Shown here piece by piece: positions 1 to 5,188 of a DNA stretch of 7,944 bases (position 1 is its first letter; the number at the start of each line of letters is the position of its first letter). Under the pieces are notes generated by a model. That model was given only the letters and a program-made list of their open reading frames with translations, was not told the DNA's origin and searched no databases. The position numbers and the translations under genes were made by a program. Location of the stretch: the NCBI GenBank assembly GCA_001179505.1, contig CDMY01000960.1:1-7944 (forward strand), given 5' to 3'. Origin of the DNA: Vitrella brassicaformis CCMP3155 (lineage: Eukaryota; Protista; Chromerida).

Positions 1-75
1 TCTCGGCCTGTAGAGAACTATGAAGCCTTCAACTTGGCTGCCCTCGACGCCCTTGTGACCACTTCGTGCCCATAA
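1..75 (+). CDS. Possible 3' terminal fragment of an upstream gene (SRPVENYEAFNLAALDALVTTSCP*), product unknown
   Basis: 24 sense codons open from the window edge with C/G-rich third positions, ending in TAA at 73-75 and followed by UTR-like repeat-rich sequence. An antisense frame over the same bases is also open, so the strand is not certain. Confidence 0.35.
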   Translation, partial: SRPVENYEAFNLAALDALVTTSCP

Positions 76-148
76 ATACAAATGCATGCAGTAGCTTTGT
101 CAGTTGGACCCAGTGTAGTCTCTGGGTCGCCGAGGGATGACTGACTGA

Positions 149-194
149 CTTGACGATTGAACTGTAGATAGCTTGACGATTGAGCTGTACATAG
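149..194 (+). repeat. 23-bp tandem duplication
   Basis: CTTGACGATTGAACTGTAGATAG (149-171) followed by CTTGACGATTGAGCTGTACATAG (172-194), 21 of 23 identical. Confidence 0.9.
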
Positions 195-965
195 CTTTGT
201 TTTGTGAGAGAGAGTGCCTGTCATGGGACTGTGCTTTTGGTCAACGAACGGTTGTCGATAACTTGAGCGAAGAATGGAGACTCGATGGTGTGTGTGTGTT
301 GCCTCGATGGGCACAGCCCAGGCCAACATGACGTGTGACTGAAGAAATTAATCAATGGGAGTCCAACCAATATCGCATGCAGGCAACACACACACACATG
401 CATTCAGAGGAGGGAGTCAGGCGTGCATGCGTATGCATATCCGCCGTTCGAACACGAATATTGAGTTCGGCAAAAAAGTGCAAAGTGAGGCTAGGCTGCC
501 CCGAGACAGAGACCCGTTCGCACTGAGAGTGAGGAAAGCAATGCGAAAGGACAGGTGCAGGCAGCCCAAATGGTCGTGTGTATCATCCTGCCTGACAGAG
601 GCGTATCGCATCGTCTGCAGGACCCACCTCTCTCGATTGGTCGTGTCCGCCTTCTGTGTGCCTGGCCTGGCTGGCTGGTTGTGTGATGTCTGTCCTTCCT
701 GGAGGAACTCGGGTGGGAATATAAGATGAGATGTGTAGAGAAAGGGACAAACAATCCGTCCGTGAGACACGCAGTGACGCACACGAAGGGGCGACAGCAA
801 GAAACGAACCCCTCATCAGGGCGCAAAAATCCCATCGAAAGAAAGACCCATATGCGGGGCGCGTCCTTGAAACCAATATGACGCGCCCTCTGGCTCGCTC
901 AGGAAAGATATATAGAGAAAGTGCCACACAACCCCGTGTACAAATACGACCCTCCCTCTTCGCGC

Positions 966-1034
966 AGACACACAGACAGACACACAGACACGCAGACAGA
1001 TATATAGATATACAGGCAGCCTCAGGCAGGCAGG
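966..1034 (+). repeat. Compound simple repeats (CAGA/CACA, TATA, GGCA)
   Basis: agacacacagacagacacacagacacgcagacagatatatagatata...ggcaggcagg read directly from the sequence. Confidence 0.8.
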
Positions 1035-1041
1035 CACTCAC

Positions 1042-1062
1042 TAAAATTTCGCCCATTCTCAT
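1042..1062 (-). CDS. Possible 21-nt first exon (MRMGEIL) of a leftward gene
   Basis: The minus strand reads ACAAC-ATG AGA ATG GGC GAA ATT TTA directly followed by a consensus donor GTGAGT and intron-like (GCCT)n/(GTCT/GT)n repeats. Downstream exons could not be assigned with confidence. Confidence 0.3.
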
Positions 1063-1550
1063 GTTGTCTGTTTGTTTTTCGCGCGTGCGATGTCAGTAGA
1101 CGAATGGACGGCACGCACGTGTATTGAGGGGGCGGGGGGAGGGGAGGGGCAGCGTGGGGTGAAGATGGGTGTCGTTCAAGGGAGTTCGCTCACTGCTCAA
1201 TCAAAAGATGATGAGAGATAGTAGCTGAGGTCAGTTAAGTGCCATGATCCATGCATTTCTAATGCATGCATTCATCCGTCCGTCTGTCTATCCATCCGTG
1301 TACACATCACATCCTCCCTCCCTCCCTCCAATCCACATGTGTATAGGTTACACACACATACGGCCGGCCACCCCCCACCCCATCCACCCACTTCGCGTAT
1401 GCATTACGGGCGTACTGACTGAGGAGATAGAAAAACAGCCAATGACAGACACGGGAGGGAGGGGGACCGACGGACAGCAAAAACGCGACCCTCCACATAA
1501 CAGATCCGTACGTGTGCGCAAAATACATACGAGCATGGTGCTACATACGA

Positions 1551-1569
1551 TCTCTCTCTCTCTCTCTCT
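1551..1569 (+). repeat. (TC)9 microsatellite
   Basis: Read directly from the sequence. Confidence 0.95.
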
Positions 1570-2065
1570 GGATGCAGGCACATCACATGTCCATGCGATA
1601 TAGACGGCGGCCGAGCACGCACGTGGCCGATCCAGCCCTCGGAGCTGGTGAGCCGAGGCGCGCGAGCTCACTTTCATTCATTCTCACGCTGAATGAATGC
1701 AGAGCACGCAACGAGGAAGAAATGATCACATGCATACCAACGTGCGTGCACAAGCAAGACATACACACATACATACATGGACAGCCACGCACGCAGGCAG
1801 GCAGGCATGAAAGCGGGAAGGGCATGCACCAGCCAGCCAGTCAGCCAGTCATCCAACCAGACATACAGACGGTAAGCATCCATCCAGCCAACATCCATCC
1901 ATACCATGCACCCACCCACCCGAGCAAGAATGACCATGTCATGACCATCAATCACCATACATACAGACGAGACAAAACTCCCCTTGATTGCTCCTTTCTC
2001 TCTTTCCCGCCCGGAGTGAGCATGGCATGCACCTCTCCTTTCTACGCAGCCTCTGTCGGCTGTGT

Positions 2066-2086
2066 CTGCTGCTGCTGCTGCTGCTG
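2066..2086 (+). repeat. (CTG)7 microsatellite
   Basis: Read directly from the sequence. Confidence 0.95.
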
Positions 2087-2720
2087 CCTGTTGGTGGCCG
2101 ACTTGAGCATGCCGAACACTAGACGAAGCGAGCAGCCACTAGACCACTCACAACGTTACAAATGCAGCCCTGCACGTTTGAAAGGACTGCCTGTCTGTCT
2201 GGGCTGGCCACTAGCGACAGCATGATTGAGACCACAACACACTGATTGAGGCCACAGCACACATACACCATGAGAAACTCGAGAACACACAGCCACCGGG
2301 AACACAGACAACACACTCCGGCACGCAACAGACACATCCGCAAAGCCAGAAGAGCCGTTCGTCTGAGTGTAGGACTTGTTGATCTTGTTTTGAAGAAAAA
2401 GCCGACACGGCCGTCGTACTAGTACACACACGAACAACACGAACAGTACGCAAGCAACCCAGCGCCTCAGATAGAACTGCCGCATCATGGTTGCGGCAGC
2501 GAGGCGAAAAATACACTTGGGGGGGAACTTCACAGGACACCCACCACATAAGGCAGCCACCATATGACCATGGAACACGAGGAAAATACAAATAACCCAC
2601 TCCCGGGGACGCACGCAGACACGTTAGCTATAAATTCGCACATTCGAATAAGTTGTTGGCCCTTTTCCTCCACGAGTTCCTCCACCTTCTTCATCCACTC
2701 ATGTCGGCGAGGCAGGCCGA

Positions 2721-4703
2721 CTAGTTGCTGCGGGACCGACTGTAGCCGTTGCACTTGCGGTGTGCCACGGTGGTGCAATCTTTCTGGTTGCGGCTGAAGT
2801 CTATCTGGATGGTCGTGTGCAAGATCTTGAAATGATCCTAGCAAGACACGCACACACAAGCAAGTGCTGGGTGGTCCCTACCGACGTGCTCTGGTCTCTC
2901 TGCTCACGCACCTGGCATATCCTGGTGGCCGTTTTGGTAATGCGTATGCGTCTCGCCATGTCCTCCTGCTCGGCCACAATGTGCACCGAGAGGACGGGCT
3001 TGCCCACCGACAGCGACCACACGTGGAGATCGTGCAACTCGACCACGCCTAAGAAATCAGCACACACAGACCGTTGCATGCAGCACACGGGCAAGAAGGA
3101 CGCTGGCTCGCTGCGAGGTGGGTTTCTGACCAGGAATGAGTGTGAGGTCATCTTGGAGGTGTTCGAGATCGACGTTCCGAGGGGTGCCCTCCATCAGGAT
3201 GCTCACGGCGTCGCGCAGGATGCTGACGGTGCTCCACAGCACGAAGAAGGAGAAGATGAATGTGCAGATGGGGTCAGCAATCAGCCAGTCGGGGTTGATC
3301 CAGATGCACGTCCCAGCTGTCACCACACCCACACTCTGACCGATCACACAGTCGCACAAACGCCACGCTTCGATGACATATTGTTTCGACTATCCATCCC
3401 CAGTGGCAGGCAGGCACCTGGAGGAGGTCCCCCAGCGCATGCAAGTACGCGGCCCGTAGGTTCATGCTGCCCTCCTCAGCCGGGACATCCGCCGACTGCT
3501 TTGCCTTGGTCCTGCTGCACTCATACGGCAGCGGCGCCGGGGGCTCCTCAGCATCATGTGCATGCACGTCTATCGCGTGGTGATGCTCGTGCTCGTGTTG
3601 GTGGTGATGGTGATGGTGGTGGTCATGGTGGGCGCAAGGGCCACATCCGAGCGTCTGTGCATGGTCCTGGGCATTGTGCTCATAGTGGGCATGGGTATTG
3701 TGGGCAGGCTGAGAGTGGTGGGCGTCCTCATGGCCGTGGCAATGGCCGCAATCGCCGCCTAAGCCGTGATTGTGCACCTGCGACACACACAGGGAGACAG
3801 AGGGAGAGAGAGAGATGGGTCCAGAAATCAGTCACGCATACAAGCGCTCGTCTGTGGCCACCTTGAGTATTTGGGTCATCACGACGTTCGCACCCAGGCC
3901 GACGATAGCCACAATAGTCATGATTGCACCATCCTTTCCACCACATAAAAGACATCCATCGCATTCCTGGCGATCGTCTACTTGGGTCCTTACGCACCAC
4001 AGGTTCTGGAGCGATGACCTTCTGGACAGCCTCATACACCAGCCCTATTGTGAGTCCCCAGATGAGCATCACAGATGTCAATGCTCCTAGAATCTCCATC
4101 CGATGATATCCGAACTTCGTGCATACAGCGCACAGACAGATTGACAGGACACCACTCAATGCGCGTATGTATGGCATACGGGCAGTATTCATAGGTGAGG
4201 CACTCACCGAGAGTGTGCTGCCCCCGCTCTTCGAAGCGACCCAAATCGCAAAGAGCCTTCATAGATAAACCCACCCACCCGTTGTGCACGTCGGACTCTC
4301 TCTACGTCCCACCCCTGTGTACACGCCGACTCACCCGATTGCGTTCGCGATCAAGTCGGTCAGCCTTCATCAGAAAGCATACAAACCAGAGAGATGGCCT
4401 GCGGTCGTGGCATCGTCTCCCTTTCTCCCCGTCTCTTTCTCTGTCTGTGTGCACATCCACTCTGCATACATGTGCGTGGCGTCCGTCATGAGAGCTATGG
4501 AAGACGCGAGGTAACCCCCAACCACCTCCGCAACCATGAACACCACCTGCAGTCATAGATCATCAGATCATCAGATCAACACAAGCACAGGGACACGTAT
4601 ACCATGATGCATGCGTTGTCATGATGCATGTAGCCCCTACGCAGACGACGGACGCCCAGATGAGTTTCGTCTTGACAGTGGCCTGGTTGGCGTGGTAGGC
4701 AGC
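2721..4703 (-). CDS. ZnT: Cation diffusion facilitator (CDF/SLC30, ZnT2-like) zinc transporter, 5' end unresolved. Exons 5'->3': 4703-4641, 4546-4470, 4364-4335, 4256-4208, 4114-3998, 3933-3862, 3777-3418, 3335-3131, 3048-2912, 2837-2721 (1227 nt, 408 aa + stop)
   Basis: Splicing at GT..AG boundaries gives one continuous frame with CDF hallmarks in the expected order: KTKLIWASVVC|VVFMVAEVVGGYLASSIALMTDATHM|LTDLIANAIG|LFAIWVASKSGGSTLS|FGYHRMEILGALTSV (TM1-3, HxxxD in TM2); His-rich loop; SMNLRAAYLHALGDLLQ|SVGV (TM5 HxxxD); IADPICTFIFS; ILMEGTP; ELHDLHVWSLSVGKPVLSVHIV; HTTIQID; stop TAG at 2723-2721. All 9 introns (64-105 nt) have compatible phases. Family assignment is from recognised motifs, not a database search. 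Confidence 0.93.
3556..3777 (-). other. His-rich cytosolic loop (TM4-TM5) of the ZnT protein, containing two CxxC motifs
   Basis: 28 His in 74 residues (VHNHGLGGDCGHCHGH...GCGPCAHHDHHHHHHHQHEHEHHHAIDVHAH). The His7 run is encoded by CAC/CAT triplet repeats seen as (GTG/ATG)n on the plus strand near 3600-3625. Confidence 0.9.
4557..4578 (+). repeat. 8-bp tandem repeat (AGATCATC) x ~2.7 inside a ZnT intron
   Basis: AGATCATC AGATCATC AGATCA lies just upstream of the acceptor of minus-strand intron 4640-4547. Confidence 0.85.
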
Positions 4704-5062
4704 CTAGTGAGCTCGAAGAAAACGCGGCGTCAGCGAGACGCTGCCGCGAGGCGTGGATCCAGACCTGGGAGAGAACCAGAGAGCTCCGCTGTTGAAGGGA
4801 GAATGCCACTTGGGAGACTGAACTTCATTGCGGGCCATGATATGCATCTTCCGAAAACCAACACAGTAACGGATGGATGCCAGGCGCTCGTGCGCAAGCC
4901 ACAAGCGCCCTGCAGAGCTTTTTTCCGTTAGAGCAGCTTGACGTACAAGCTCTTGTGACCCCAAAGCCTGGCCTGCTGCACCCCACAGTATGGCTGCGGT
5001 ACAAGATCCCGCGTCGTTCATCTGTTGATGAATCTGTGTCGAATTGGCTAGTTCATCCACCC
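4704..5062. promoter_or_regulatory. Short divergent region between the ZnT and atpC-like genes (probable bidirectional promoter/5' UTRs, may include the first ZnT exon or exons)
   Basis: Head-to-head orientation with only 359 nt between the last recognisable ZnT codon (4703) and the atpC-like ATG (5063). No specific promoter motif was identified. Confidence 0.5.
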
Positions 5063-5188
5063 ATGATGAAGCTGCTCTGTCCTTCCCCTCTGCTATTCGC
5101 CCTCATCGCATCAGTGCCTTTCGCAGATCCCTTCTCGCCGCCGTGCAGCCCTTGCTCCCCTCCCTTTCATCGCCGGAGATCTGTGCAG
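5063..5188 (+). other. Putative bipartite plastid-targeting leader (signal peptide + transit peptide)
   Basis: MMKLLCPSPLLFALIASVPFADPF has a hydrophobic core followed by a Phe, then an S/P/R-rich, acid-free stretch SPPCSPCSPPFHRRRSVQ. This pattern is typical of nuclear-encoded proteins of red-algal-derived complex plastids. Judged by eye, no predictor run. Confidence 0.55.

Noticed and set aside
40-75. Resemblance of LDALVTTSCP to the diphthamide synthesis (Dph1/Dph2) D..V.TACP motif
   Set aside because: Too short to be meaningful, and the frame stops immediately after CP whereas those proteins continue.
1512-2225. 237-aa plus-strand ORF with poly-Cys
   Set aside because: Built from microsatellites ((TC)n, CATA, CAGC, CATC, (CTG)7); its composition is non-coding-like and the poly-Cys is just the CTG repeat.
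3634-3750. A fused thioredoxin/PDI domain in ZnT
   Set aside because: Only the tetrapeptides match; there is no preceding Trp and no room or sequence for a thioredoxin fold in a His-rich loop.
2760-3866. 368-aa plus-strand ORF
   Set aside because: Antisense shadow of the ZnT exons and introns; no recognisable motif, and it runs through simple-repeat introns.
3968-3997. Alternative CAG acceptor that would avoid the AAG site in ZnT intron 3997-3934
   Set aside because: It would leave an intron of only about 30 nt, far below the 58-105 nt seen here, and insert ECDGCLLCGGK into the conserved EPV-DG junction.
4877-5062. Upstream extension of the gamma ORF to the ATG at 4877
   Set aside because: It would place 62 unremarkable residues ahead of the signal-peptide-like sequence and overlap the probable ZnT 5' region; 5063/5066 fits better.
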